53,799 nt of DNA. Origin: Rhizomicrobium sp. (GTDB lineage: Bacteria; Pseudomonadota; Alphaproteobacteria; Micropepsales; Micropepsaceae). The stretch is taken from contig DATATP010000189.1 of NCBI GenBank assembly GCA_036268715.1, positions 1-53,799 of the forward strand, given 5' to 3'. A program made the translations under genes and the position numbers. How positions within the stretch are numbered: the first letter of the stretch is position 1; each line of letters starts with the position of its first letter. This document shows, one piece after another, positions 8,832 to 19,981 of this stretch. Below the pieces are notes generated by a model, which was not told the origin of the DNA, did not search any database, and saw only the letters and a list, made by a program, of their open reading frames with translations.

Positions 8832-11711
8832 CTAGCCGGTTCCGTCGCGCGGCGCGGCTTCAAGATCATAATAGCGCGCGATGTAATCCATTGCCTGAGC
8901 GGCGTTCATGGCGGAAGCAAAATGGAAGCCCTGGCCGAACTCGCAGCCCAATTCGGCCAGCCACTTTGCGTCCGCCTCGTTTTCCACACCTTCCACCACG
9001 ACGCTGCGCTTGAGGTCGTGCGCCAGTCCGATGATGGAGGTCAGCACGACTTCGCCATCGGCGTCGATATCGGTGCCGCCATGACGGGCGAGAAAGCTGC
9101 GGTCGATCTTCACCGTGTCGAAAGGCAGTTGACGGAACTGGCTGAGACTGGAGGTTCCGGTGCCGAAATCATCGATCGAGAGTCCCGCTCCGGCGGCGCG
9201 CAGCCGTTCGAGCATCCGCGGCAGATCCCCGCTGGATGCGACGGCGCTTTCCGTGATCTCCAGATTGAGAGTACCCGGCACCAACTCGTTGGTCGCCAAG
9301 ACCTGCTTCAGCGCGCTTTCAAAACGGAAATCGCGCAACTGCCGGCGGGAGAGATTGACGCTGACGAACAAGGGCGGCCGCAGGGGAAAATAGCGCTGCC
9401 AGCGGGCCAGATCTTCCGCCGCCCGCTCCAGCGCGAAATGCCCGAGCTGAAGGATCAGCCCCGTCTCTTCGGAATGACCGATGAACTCCGCCGGTTCGAT
9501 GACGCCTTTCTCGGGATGGTTCCAGCGCAGCAGCGCCTCGAAACCGGCGATACTGCGGTCGGCGAGGCGCACGATGGGCTGGTACCAGACATCCAGATGT
9601 CCGGCGCGCAAGGCATGGCGCAACTCGCTCTCCAAGGCGACGGAATCGGCGGGCGCGGTGTTCTGCAATTCAGGCGAATAGACCCGCGCCGCGGCGCCAC
9701 CCAGCCGCTTGGCCGCATTCATCGCCAGTTCGGCATTGGCGATCAGGGCAATCGGCTCGCCGCTTTCCGCGCCGCCGGACAGACCGATGCTGGTCGGCGC
9801 GAACACTTCGCGTCCCTCCAGCACAAAGGGTTGGCTTGAAATTTCCAGCAGGGCCTCGCCATAGGCCGGTGTGGCGCGGCGCGGCACGGCAAACAGCAGC
9901 GCAAAGGAATCGCCGCCGACCCGGAACAGGCGCCCGCCTTCGGCCTGCCCGAAGACCTCCAGGCGGCGCGCCATCTGCTGCAGCACCAGGTCTGCGCCGG
10001 CATCGCCCAGGCTGGCATGAATTGCCTTGAATCGGTCTATATCGAGCAACACAAACAGCGCGCCGGCAAAATCATTGCCCAGCGTGTCCAGTTGCTCCAT
10101 CAGCGCAACCCGGTTGCCCAGACCCGTCAGAGGATCGTGCGGCAGGCTGGCCGCGATCTCCGCCTGCTTGCGCTGGTCGATGTCAGATAAGAGACCGAGG
10201 CAGTCGGATGGCACATTCTGTTCGGTGACGATGGTGGCACGCAATTCCAGCCAGCGAAAAGCGCCTCCCGGCGCCCGGCAGCGGAATTCGAGCCGGAAGG
10301 CGAAGCCCGGCTGATCGCGATACTGCTCCAACGCCTGAACATAGATGTCGCGGTCCTCGGGATGGATCTGGGCGACCCAATCGCCATGGGCAATGGTGGT
10401 CCGTGTGCCGAACCCCGCCATCTGGGTCCCTTCCGGCGACAAGGTGAGTAGATCGGCGCGAAAATCCAGGTCGAACACGCCCTGATGTGAGGCGCCGATG
10501 GCCGCAAGCGCCAGATTGGCGATCGGCGCGGTATGATCGATCGCGCCAGGGGCACGCGCTTCCAGCAGGCGCGCGGCATTGGAGCCGTGCAGGAAGGGAA
10601 GCACCGCGATCTCCTCGCTGGCGATCACCGCCAGCGCCAAAAGGATCGCCCCCGCCGCCGCGAAGCCTCCCGTCGCCGCCGGTCCGGTGAGATTCTCGCC
10701 CAAGCCGCCCAGAGCGGTGACCGCGGCCGCCAGCGCGACCAGTGCGAAGGCTGCGGCGCTGGGCGCCACCACTTGCGCCGCTTTCACGCCACGCCGGCCG
10801 CAATAGACAAGGTATGCCGCTACGACCAGGCTGCCCAGGACGATCAATATGTCGGTGACAACCGTCGCGCCCGGCAAACCGAGATAGGCCGCGAGCCCCA
10901 GAAAGATCAACCCATACAAGCAGCGATGGAACAGCTTTTCGCGCGTCGGCCAGATTTCGCGGATCGGGATGATCGCGTCGGCCAGCCGTGCCCCCGCCGC
11001 CAATGCCAGGGCGGTGAGGAAAGCCGACAAGCCATAGGGGCCGCCGATACGGGTGGCGAGGCTGGCATCGAACATGCCGGTGCCGGCAAGCCATGCCCAT
11101 AAAAGAAAAAACAGAGTGATCGCCACCCATCGCGGGGCGGCATGGCCGATCAGCACGGCAAGGCCGCCGGTGATGAGCGCCGCACCCGCGATCAGGGTTC
11201 CGACCGCCGTGATGAAGATGGCAAGCTGGCGATTGTGGGAGGCGAGCGCAGGCTCGGTCCAGGCATAGAGGGCGGCGGGGGTTTGCGCCGTGGCGACCCT
11301 GAGCGCCAGGCTGACCGAGGTCACCGGCGGAACGATGACCCGCCAGGCGCGTCGGCCATAGCCGCTGGCAGTCTCCACCGTCGCGCCGGAATCCGCCACC
11401 ACCGCCATGATGGCGGGCCGCATCCGCAGCGGCAGGACATGCAAGGCGGCGCGCGGCGGCTGGCCGGCGAGCAGCACCCGGCTGGCGGCGTGCTGGCTCG
11501 AATTGGCGACATTCAGAATGTACCAGACCGAATTGTCGGCCTCATGGCCGCCCGGCGCATGATAGGAGGACAGCGCCGGGGTCAGGTCGATCACATTATC
11601 CGGCTTGCCGAAATCGACCTGCGGCTCGCTGCCCGGCCGGGGGGCGGCATAGGCCAGCGATAACGCTGCGAATGCGAACAGGGCCGAGGCGATGAGGCGG
11701 GAAAACTTCAT
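8832..11711 (-). CDS. Membrane sensor PAS-GGDEF(degenerate)-EAL protein, probable c-di-GMP phosphodiesterase
   Basis: Signal peptide, periplasmic domain, about 7 hydrophobic segments, PAS (IHPEDR), HDPLTGLGNR, RVGGDSF in place of GGDEF, GFEALLRW, IDDFGTG, KIDRSF, VVEGVE. Confidence 0.9.
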   Translation of the reverse strand: MKFSRLIASALFAFAALSLAYAAPRPGSEPQVDFGKPDNVIDLTPALSSYHAPGGHEADNSVWYILNVANSSQHAASRVLLAGQPPRAALHVLPLRMRPAIMAVVADSGATVETASGYGRRAWRVIVPPVTSVSLALRVATAQTPAALYAWTEPALASHNRQLAIFITAVGTLIAGAALITGGLAVLIGHAAPRWVAITLFFLLWAWLAGTGMFDASLATRIGGPYGLSAFLTALALAAGARLADAIIPIREIWPTREKLFHRCLYGLIFLGLAAYLGLPGATVVTDILIVLGSLVVAAYLVYCGRRGVKAAQVVAPSAAAFALVALAAAVTALGGLGENLTGPAATGGFAAAGAILLALAVIASEEIAVLPFLHGSNAARLLEARAPGAIDHTAPIANLALAAIGASHQGVFDLDFRADLLTLSPEGTQMAGFGTRTTIAHGDWVAQIHPEDRDIYVQALEQYRDQPGFAFRLEFRCRAPGGAFRWLELRATIVTEQNVPSDCLGLLSDIDQRKQAEIAASLPHDPLTGLGNRVALMEQLDTLGNDFAGALFVLLDIDRFKAIHASLGDAGADLVLQQMARRLEVFGQAEGGRLFRVGGDSFALLFAVPRRATPAYGEALLEISSQPFVLEGREVFAPTSIGLSGGAESGEPIALIANAELAMNAAKRLGGAAARVYSPELQNTAPADSVALESELRHALRAGHLDVWYQPIVRLADRSIAGFEALLRWNHPEKGVIEPAEFIGHSEETGLILQLGHFALERAAEDLARWQRYFPLRPPLFVSVNLSRRQLRDFRFESALKQVLATNELVPGTLNLEITESAVASSGDLPRMLERLRAAGAGLSIDDFGTGTSSLSQFRQLPFDTVKIDRSFLARHGGTDIDADGEVVLTSIIGLAHDLKRSVVVEGVENEADAKWLAELGCEFGQGFHFASAMNAAQAMDYIARYYDLEAAPRDGTG

Positions 11712-11821
11712 TAATTCCTGGATCGATTTTCTTCATTGTTCACGCAGCCCGCGGATCGGCCGCCGGTATGCGGATCGTCATGTGTATAGCGTCGCAGTGC
11801 GGTCTCCCGCAACCGCATGCT

Positions 11822-12457
11822 TCAGGCGAGGCGTGCCTCGTCTTCGAGCAGCGCGAACAGAAGATGATCGGCCCAGACGCCATTGATCAGGAGATAGCGC
11901 CGCGCCACGCCTTCCTGGCGGAATCCGCAGCGAGCGAGCAGGCTTTTCGACGCCTCGTTCCCTGTCAGGCATGCCGCCTCGATGCGGTGCAGGCCCAATG
12001 TGCGGAATACGAAAGGGATGAGCGCCTTTACCGCGGCGGTCATATAGCCCTGGCGCGCGAAGCGCTCGCCGATCCAATAGCCCAGGGTGCAGCATTGCGT
12101 GACGCCGCGTCGCACATTGGAAAGCGTGCAGCCGCCCATCAAGGCATTGTCGCTCTCGCGCAGCACGAAGAACACATAGGCGGAGTCCTGGCGGGTCTCT
12201 TTGTTGTAGCGCTTGATGCGCCGGCGGAAAGCCCCCTTGGTCAATTCGTCCTCGGCCCAGACCGGCTCCCAGGGCGTGAGGAACTGGCGGCTTTCGCTTC
12301 GGAGCCGCGCCCAGGCAGGGAAATCGGCGATGCGCGGATAGCGCAGATAGCAGGCGTTGCCGCGCAGCACCGGTTGCTGGCCGCCGGGAAAAGTGAGGCC
12401 GCGCATGAAGGCAATCGGGCCCGTCTTTATGAATTGGGCCTTCAATTGCGCCTTCAC
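11822..12457 (-). CDS. GNAT family N-acetyltransferase, RimJ-like
   Basis: FLTPWEPVW, NVRRGVTQCCTLGYWIG, GLHRIEAAC, YLLINGVWADH. Confidence 0.88.
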   Translation of the reverse strand: MKAQLKAQFIKTGPIAFMRGLTFPGGQQPVLRGNACYLRYPRIADFPAWARLRSESRQFLTPWEPVWAEDELTKGAFRRRIKRYNKETRQDSAYVFFVLRESDNALMGGCTLSNVRRGVTQCCTLGYWIGERFARQGYMTAAVKALIPFVFRTLGLHRIEAACLTGNEASKSLLARCGFRQEGVARRYLLINGVWADHLLFALLEDEARLA

Positions 12458-13737
12458 TATTCCGCCGCGTTCGCCAGGGCGCCGAAGCGGCGCGCGAAAT
12501 TGTCATGGGATTCGAGCCGCGACACCGGGCCGATTGCGGCGATGGCGGGCGCGGTACTCAGCATCAGATCGGCGGCATAACGTTTGACCGTGCCGGCGTC
12601 GATCGCATCGATCTGGGCGACAATCTCGCCGACACTCTGGATCCGGCCCAAGGCGAACATCTGGCCGGCGATCATTTCAGCCCGGGCACTGGGGCTTTCC
12701 AGGCCCATCAGAAGCCCGGCCTTGATCTGGGCACGGGCGCGCGCCACTTCGGCTTCGTCGAGATCGGTAGCGATGGCGGCCATCTCGCCCGCCACCACGG
12801 CGGAGATCTCGCCCGCCTGCGCCTCGCCGGTTCCGACATAGATGCCGATAAAACCGCCGTCCTGGAAACCGTTGGAGAAGGCGTAGATCGAATAGCAGAG
12901 ACCGCGTTTTTCGCGCGCCTCCTGGAACAGGCGCGAAGACATGCCCCCGCCCAAGGCGGTGGCGTAAATCTGCGCCACATAATAATCGGGATCGGCGTTG
13001 GACAGGCCCGGAAAGGCATAGGCGATGTGCGCCTGCTCCAGATCCTCCATCAGCCGCATCTCACTGCCGATATAGCGCGCCGGCGACATCGGCGGCACGG
13101 TGCCCAGATTGAGGTCGGAGAATTTCCGCTCCGCAATCCGCACGATCTCCTCATGCGCCACCGCGCCGGAACAGACCAGCATCATCCCTTCCGCGCGATA
13201 TTGGGACGCCATGTAGGAGCGCAACATTTCCCTGTCGAAGGCCGCGACGCTCGCTTCCTCGCCCAGGATCGGCCAGCCCATCGGCTGGCCCGGATAGATC
13301 GCAGCCTGTAAATGATCGAAGATGATGTCGTCGGGTGTATCCCGCGCCTGGCCAAGTTCCTGCAGCACCACTTGGCGCTCGCGCTCGATCTCGGCATGTT
13401 CGAAGGTTGGACGGGTAAGAATGTCGGCGACGATATCCAGAGCCAACGGCACATCGGCCTTCAGCACGCGCGCATGAAACGCGGTCTGTTCGCGGCTGGT
13501 GTAAGCGTTGAGATTGCCGCCCACCGCTTCGATCTCTTCGGCGATGGCGCGCGCATCGCGGCTCTCGGTGCCTTTGAACGCCATGTGTTCGAGCATGTGC
13601 GAGACGCCCATCTCGGCCTTGGTTTCGTTGCGCGTGCCGGTGTTCACCCAGACACCGACAGCGGCGCTCTCCAAACCCTGCATCGGGTCGGTGATGATTG
13701 TTAAGCCATTGGAAAGTTTGGAAATTTCTAGCGCCAT
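12457..13737 (-). CDS. M16 family zinc peptidase (mitochondrial processing peptidase-like)
   Basis: Inverted zinc motif HMLEH, NAYTSRE, LGGGMSSRLFQEAREKRGLCYSI. Confidence 0.92.
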   Translation of the reverse strand: MALEISKLSNGLTIITDPMQGLESAAVGVWVNTGTRNETKAEMGVSHMLEHMAFKGTESRDARAIAEEIEAVGGNLNAYTSREQTAFHARVLKADVPLALDIVADILTRPTFEHAEIERERQVVLQELGQARDTPDDIIFDHLQAAIYPGQPMGWPILGEEASVAAFDREMLRSYMASQYRAEGMMLVCSGAVAHEEIVRIAERKFSDLNLGTVPPMSPARYIGSEMRLMEDLEQAHIAYAFPGLSNADPDYYVAQIYATALGGGMSSRLFQEAREKRGLCYSIYAFSNGFQDGGFIGIYVGTGEAQAGEISAVVAGEMAAIATDLDEAEVARARAQIKAGLLMGLESPSARAEMIAGQMFALGRIQSVGEIVAQIDAIDAGTVKRYAADLMLSTAPAIAAIGPVSRLESHDNFARRFGALANAAE

Positions 13738-15131
13738 CGCGGCAGTCTAGAAGAGATGAAGGAGCGAATCAAAGAGGGGTCGGGGGGTAAAATTTCCATT
13801 TTTTCGGTCCGGTCTTTGAGCCCGGAAAGCCGATAGGGAACCATTGGAGGAGCGCCGGTCGCCTGGATTACCGCGTCCGGAAACTTAGCCGGATGGGCGG
13901 TGGACAGGACCACGGCTGGGGCGGCGGGACGGTCAATGGGCGGGGCTCCCATTTGCTGGAGGGCGGCAAAACCCACAGCCGTATGAGGGTCAATGACCCG
14001 GCCGGAGCGGTCCCGGAGGGCGGCGATCGCGGCCCGGGTTTCGGCGTCGTTACTGGAGAAGGCGCTGTAGCGGGTGCGCAGCACATTGAGCACTGGGGGG
14101 GGCAGTTCCAGCCGGCGGCTGCGGCCGAACTCGGCCATCGCCGCTTCGGTCCAGTCCGCATCCCGGTCCGAGGCTTCAAACAGTGCCCGCTCGAAATTCG
14201 ACGCCACCTGGATGTCCATCGACGGGCTCAAGGTCGGCTTAGCCGTGCCGCTGGCATAAACGCCGTCGTTAAGGGCACGCGCCAAGATGTCGTTGCTATT
14301 GGTGGCAACGACCAGGCGCGCCACCTCAAGGCCCATGCGCGATGCCGCCTCGCCCGCGAAGATGTCGCCAAAATTTCCCGTCGGCACGACGAAAGTCGCG
14401 GGACGTCCCAAAGCCGCGCTGGCGGTGAAATAATAAACGGCCTGCGCGGCGATGCGCGCAAAATTGATCGAGTTGACTGCGGTCAGGGAGACATCGCGCG
14501 CGAATTCGGTGTCGGCAAACAATTGCTTCACGATGGTCTGGGCATCATCGAAGCTGCCTTCCAGCGCGATATTGTGGACATTGGCATGCGGCGTCGTGGT
14601 CATCTGCAGCCGCTGAATCTCGCTGACCCGGCCCTTGGGATGCATCACAAAGACTTCGATGTTTGGCAGCCCGCCCAACGCCGCAATGGCGGCGGAGCCG
14701 GTGTCGCCCGATGTGGCCGCCACGACCGTGGCGCGGCCGCCGCGCTTGGCGAGGGCACGGGCGAATAACCGGCCAAGCAACTGGAGCGCGATGTCCTTAA
14801 AGGCGAGCGTGGGGCCGTGGAATAACTCCAGCAGATATTGACCGGGTCCGATCTCGACCAGCGGCGCAATCTCGGGCGCGTCGAAGTCGGTATAGGCGGC
14901 CTCGATGTCGGCGCTGAGCTCGGCATCGCTGAAGGAGCCTTTTGTGAAGCGCGACAGGATGGCAAACGCGGCATCCTGATAGCGGGCGCCCTTGAATGTG
15001 GCGAATTCATCCGCGGAGATCTGTGGCCATTCGGCCGGCAGATAGAGCCCTCCATCGGGCGCCAGCCCTGCCAGCAGCACGTCCGCAAAGCTTGCCTGAG
15101 GCGCCCGGCCGCGGGTGGAAATGAAATTCAC
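13728..15131 (-). CDS. thrC: Threonine synthase
   Basis: GLAPDGGLY, LELFHGPTLAFKD, ATSGDTGSAA, VNSINFARI, VPTGNFG, TAHPAKF. Confidence 0.96.
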   Translation of the reverse strand: MNFISTRGRAPQASFADVLLAGLAPDGGLYLPAEWPQISADEFATFKGARYQDAAFAILSRFTKGSFSDAELSADIEAAYTDFDAPEIAPLVEIGPGQYLLELFHGPTLAFKDIALQLLGRLFARALAKRGGRATVVAATSGDTGSAAIAALGGLPNIEVFVMHPKGRVSEIQRLQMTTTPHANVHNIALEGSFDDAQTIVKQLFADTEFARDVSLTAVNSINFARIAAQAVYYFTASAALGRPATFVVPTGNFGDIFAGEAASRMGLEVARLVVATNSNDILARALNDGVYASGTAKPTLSPSMDIQVASNFERALFEASDRDADWTEAAMAEFGRSRRLELPPPVLNVLRTRYSAFSSNDAETRAAIAALRDRSGRVIDPHTAVGFAALQQMGAPPIDRPAAPAVVLSTAHPAKFPDAVIQATGAPPMVPYRLSGLKDRTEKMEILPPDPSLIRSFISSRLPRWR

Positions 15132-15167
15132 AAGGGTCCCTTTCGGAGGCGCGTTATACGGGCGGCA

Positions 15168-15884
15168 TCACCGCCAGGCCAGCCGGCCCCTGGAGGCGTG
15201 ATAGGAAATCCAGACACCGAAAAGCATGAGGGCAAGACCGAACCAGGTGATGGCGTAGGACAAATGTTCATTGCGGAAAGTGACCACCGTCTGGCCGCCT
15301 TTGGGCCAGCCACCGGGATTGGGGGTGGCATCGGCCTCAATCACCGCTGGCGCGGACAGTTTGAGATGGTCGGCCGCCGCAATGCCGGCCATGTCACGGG
15401 AATACCAGACGCGGTGGGCACGATCGGGGGGCGGGGTGAACCAGCCCGGAGGATCGGGCACCCGCCAGACACCGACCAGACGGGTTTTGCCTGGCGGATT
15501 GCCTGCCGCCCGCGTTGCCGGGTCGAGCTTCCGCTTCGGCACCGCGCCCCGGTCCACCAGCAGTGTGCGGCCATCGTCGGTGCGCAATGGCGTCAGAACA
15601 TGATAGACGGGCGCCCCATCCGGGCCGGTGGTGAAAATATAGGCTTCGTTCGCATAGTCGAAGCGGCCGGCAAGCGCCACACGGCGATATTGTACGGTAT
15701 CGGCGTCCATTTTGAGCGCCTGGTCCAGGGAAACCGGCGGGGCAGTCATGTGGCCGTTCACCTGCGCGATCAGGGCCAGCTTCCACTGCAGTCGCTGGAG
15801 CTGCCACACGCCGAGCCCGCACAGGATCGCAAACAGGATCGCGGCAAAGATCGTGAAGCCGGGATAGGGACGAAAGCGCATCAC
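15168..15884 (-). CDS. SURF1 family cytochrome c oxidase assembly protein
   Basis: LGVWQLQRLQWK, LVDRG, NEHLSYAITWFGLA. Confidence 0.93.
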   Translation of the reverse strand: MMRFRPYPGFTIFAAILFAILCGLGVWQLQRLQWKLALIAQVNGHMTAPPVSLDQALKMDADTVQYRRVALAGRFDYANEAYIFTTGPDGAPVYHVLTPLRTDDGRTLLVDRGAVPKRKLDPATRAAGNPPGKTRLVGVWRVPDPPGWFTPPPDRAHRVWYSRDMAGIAAADHLKLSAPAVIEADATPNPGGWPKGGQTVVTFRNEHLSYAITWFGLALMLFGVWISYHASRGRLAWR

Positions 15885-16252
15885 AAGGAGAGCCGCCCTT
15901 CGCCCGCCTTGTGCTTATACTGCAGGACCAACAGCGCCGATTTGGACAGCCGCAGGAAAATTGCCGTCAGCAGACAGATGAGCGGGATCCACAACGCCGC
16001 ATGCACCCATAGCGGTGGATGGAAGGTGAATTCGACATACAGCGCCAGGCCGCAAACAATGGCGCCGACGATGAGAATGCCGAACACCGCCGGACCGTCC
16101 CCCGTATCGAACATGGCGTAATCGAGACTGCAGGCCGGGCATTGTTTCTTCAGGGCCAGATAACCGTCGAACAGTTTGCCGCCGCCGCAGCGTGGACACA
16201 GCGAAAGCAGGATGGCTTTTGCAGTGGGCGGCGACGGGATCACGGCTGACAA
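15881..16252 (-). CDS. DUF983 family membrane protein
   Basis: CPRCGGGKLFDGYL...CPAC, GDGPAVF, two TM segments. Start may be GTG 16243. Confidence 0.85.
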   Translation of the reverse strand: MSAVIPSPPTAKAILLSLCPRCGGGKLFDGYLALKKQCPACSLDYAMFDTGDGPAVFGILIVGAIVCGLALYVEFTFHPPLWVHAALWIPLICLLTAIFLRLSKSALLVLQYKHKAGEGRLSL

Positions 16253-16268
16253 CCTACAGGGAGTAGCA

Positions 16269-16349
16269 TTTTGGCATCCTGAGCAGGAGCGCCGAGCGAT
16301 GTGGCCAAGGCGGCCATGAGCGATGGCGAGACGAACTCAGGGGCCAAAA
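16269..16349. repeat. Nested-hairpin intergenic element inside the cox operon
   Basis: Nested inverted repeats TTTTGGC/GCCAAAA, CCTGAG/CTCAGG, CGCC/GGCG, TGGCC/GGCCA, plus direct repeat GAGCGATG (16294, 16318). Confidence 0.6.
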
Positions 16350-16352
16350 GGC

Positions 16353-17264
16353 CTAGCCCTGCGTGATTGGACCCTGGCCCCAGACGTAAATACAGATGAA
16401 CAGGAACAGCCACACAACGTCGACGAAATGCCAGTACCAGGCCGCCGCCTCGAAGCCGAAATGGCGCGTGGGCGTGAAATGGCCCGCCATGGCGCGGAAC
16501 AGGCAGACAATCAGGAAGGTGGTGCCGATGATCACATGGAAGCCGTGGAAACCGGTCGCCATGAAGAAGGTCGAGCCGTAGATCGCTTGCAGATTGCCCG
16601 CGCCGCTCGCCAGCGAGATATGGGTCGGATCGGTGAACGGCACCAGAGCCAGATTGTTGAAGCCGAACGTAAAGGGGGCGTGCATATATTCCCAGGCCTG
16701 GAGGCCGGTGAAGGACAGGCCCAGCAGGATGGTGATGAACAGGCCCACCACCGAGCCTTTCTTGTCGCCGGTCTGGATGGCGTGATGCGCCCAGGTCACC
16801 GTAGTGCCCGAAGTGAGCAGGATGAGGGTGTTCATCAGCGGGAAATGCCAGGGGTCCAGGGTGACGACGCCGGCCGGGGGCCAAGTGGCGACGCCGACAT
16901 CCGCGTGAAAGATCGCGGTATTAAAGAAGGCCCAGAACCAAGCGACGAAGAACATCACCTCCGAGGCGATGAACAGCAACATGCCATAGCGCAGATGCAG
17001 CTTCACGACCGGGGTGTGGTTGCCGAATACAACAGACTCGCGCACCACGTCCCGCCACCAGCCCGCCATGGTGTAGAGCACCAGCGCCAGGCCGATCAGG
17101 AAAACCCAGGGCTGACCGTTCACCGGCAGGCCGAAAAAGCCGGTGTAATCCTTGTTCATCCAGAACACGGCGCCGCCCAGCATAAGGAAGGCACCAAGCG
17201 ACCCGACGATCGGCCAGGGGCTGGGATCGACCAGGTGATAATCGTGCTTCACATTGCTGCTCAT
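16353..17264 (-). CDS. ctaE: Cytochrome c oxidase subunit III
   Basis: [55 protein letters not shown]. Confidence 0.97.
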   Translation of the reverse strand: MSSNVKHDYHLVDPSPWPIVGSLGAFLMLGGAVFWMNKDYTGFFGLPVNGQPWVFLIGLALVLYTMAGWWRDVVRESVVFGNHTPVVKLHLRYGMLLFIASEVMFFVAWFWAFFNTAIFHADVGVATWPPAGVVTLDPWHFPLMNTLILLTSGTTVTWAHHAIQTGDKKGSVVGLFITILLGLSFTGLQAWEYMHAPFTFGFNNLALVPFTDPTHISLASGAGNLQAIYGSTFFMATGFHGFHVIIGTTFLIVCLFRAMAGHFTPTRHFGFEAAAWYWHFVDVVWLFLFICIYVWGQGPITQG

Positions 17265-17280
17265 AACTCTTCAGCCCCCT

Positions 17281-17415
17281 TTAGCGGCCAGCATGTTCGT
17301 GCCATTGCACGATCGACATCACAAAAAATAACAGCGCGAGCGCGCCCAGCGCCAGAGCCAGAGCGACATTGCGTTTGCGGCGTTCGCGCGCGGCCCGATC
17401 CCAGTCATCCTTCAC
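17281..17415 (-). CDS. Small single-TM protein of the cox operon (CoxF-like), 44 aa
   Basis: GTG start overlaps the ctaB stop (GTGA); [44 protein letters not shown] is a basic patch plus one TM, typical of the ORF after ctaB in alphaproteobacteria. Confidence 0.8.
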   Translation of the reverse strand: MKDDWDRAARERRKRNVALALALGALALLFFVMSIVQWHEHAGR

Positions 17416-18349
17416 GACCACAAAGCCAAGAAGGACGGATGGAATGCCGAAAAGCCGATCAGCTTTTCGGCGATCAGCGAGGCGAACAACGCCGTCAGAT
17501 ACAGCAAAGAAACTCCGAACAGGCGATGGGCGGCGGGCTCCTTCACCGCGTCGCGCTCGCGCAAAGTCGCTACCGCTTCCCAAAGGAACCACGCCCCGAT
17601 CAGTCCGGCACAGGCCAGGTACAACAACCCGCCAACGCCAATGAAGGCGGGGACCAGACCGAGCGGCACCAACACCAGAGTGTAGAGCAGGATTTGCAGG
17701 CGGGTGTGTGCCTTGCCCTTCACCACCGGCAACATGGGCACGCCGGCGCGGGCATAGTCATCACTGCGCCATAGCGCCAGCGCCCAGAAATGCGGCGGCG
17801 TCCAGATGAAGATGATCGCCACCAGCAGCAGCGGCGCGACCGACAGCGAGCCCGTCACCGCCGCCCAGCCAATGGCCGGTGGCAGGGCGCCGGCGAGGCC
17901 GCCGATCACGATGTTCTGCGGCGTGCGCCGCTTCAGCCACAGCGTATAGACCACGACGTAGAAAAATATCGTGAAAGCAAGCAGCGCGGCCGCAGGCACG
18001 CCGACGAACAGCCACATGGTCGCGACCGCGGCCACCGACAGGGCCCAGCCAAACGCCAGCGCTTCCTCGCGCGCGACATGGCCCAGGGGAATCGGGCGGG
18101 TCGCGGTGCGGGTCATCAGCCTGTCGATATCGCTGTCATACGCCATGTTGAGAGCGCCGCTCGCGCCCGCGCCCACCGCGATGCAAAGCAGCGCGGTGAA
18201 TGCGGTGAGCGGATGCACATGGCCGGGCGCCGCGACGATTCCGGCCAGCCCGGTGAAAACCACCAGCGACATCACCCGCGGCTTGAGCAAGGCGAAGAAG
18301 TCGCCCACCGTGGTGACGCGCGGCGCAGCAATGGTACCGGTCAGCGACA

Positions 18350-18350
<1 letters not shown>
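17412..18350 (-). CDS. ctaB: Protoheme IX farnesyltransferase (heme o synthase)
   Basis: [57 protein letters not shown] at 18350 overlaps the ctaD stop. Confidence 0.95.
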
Positions 18351-19981
<1,631 letters not shown>

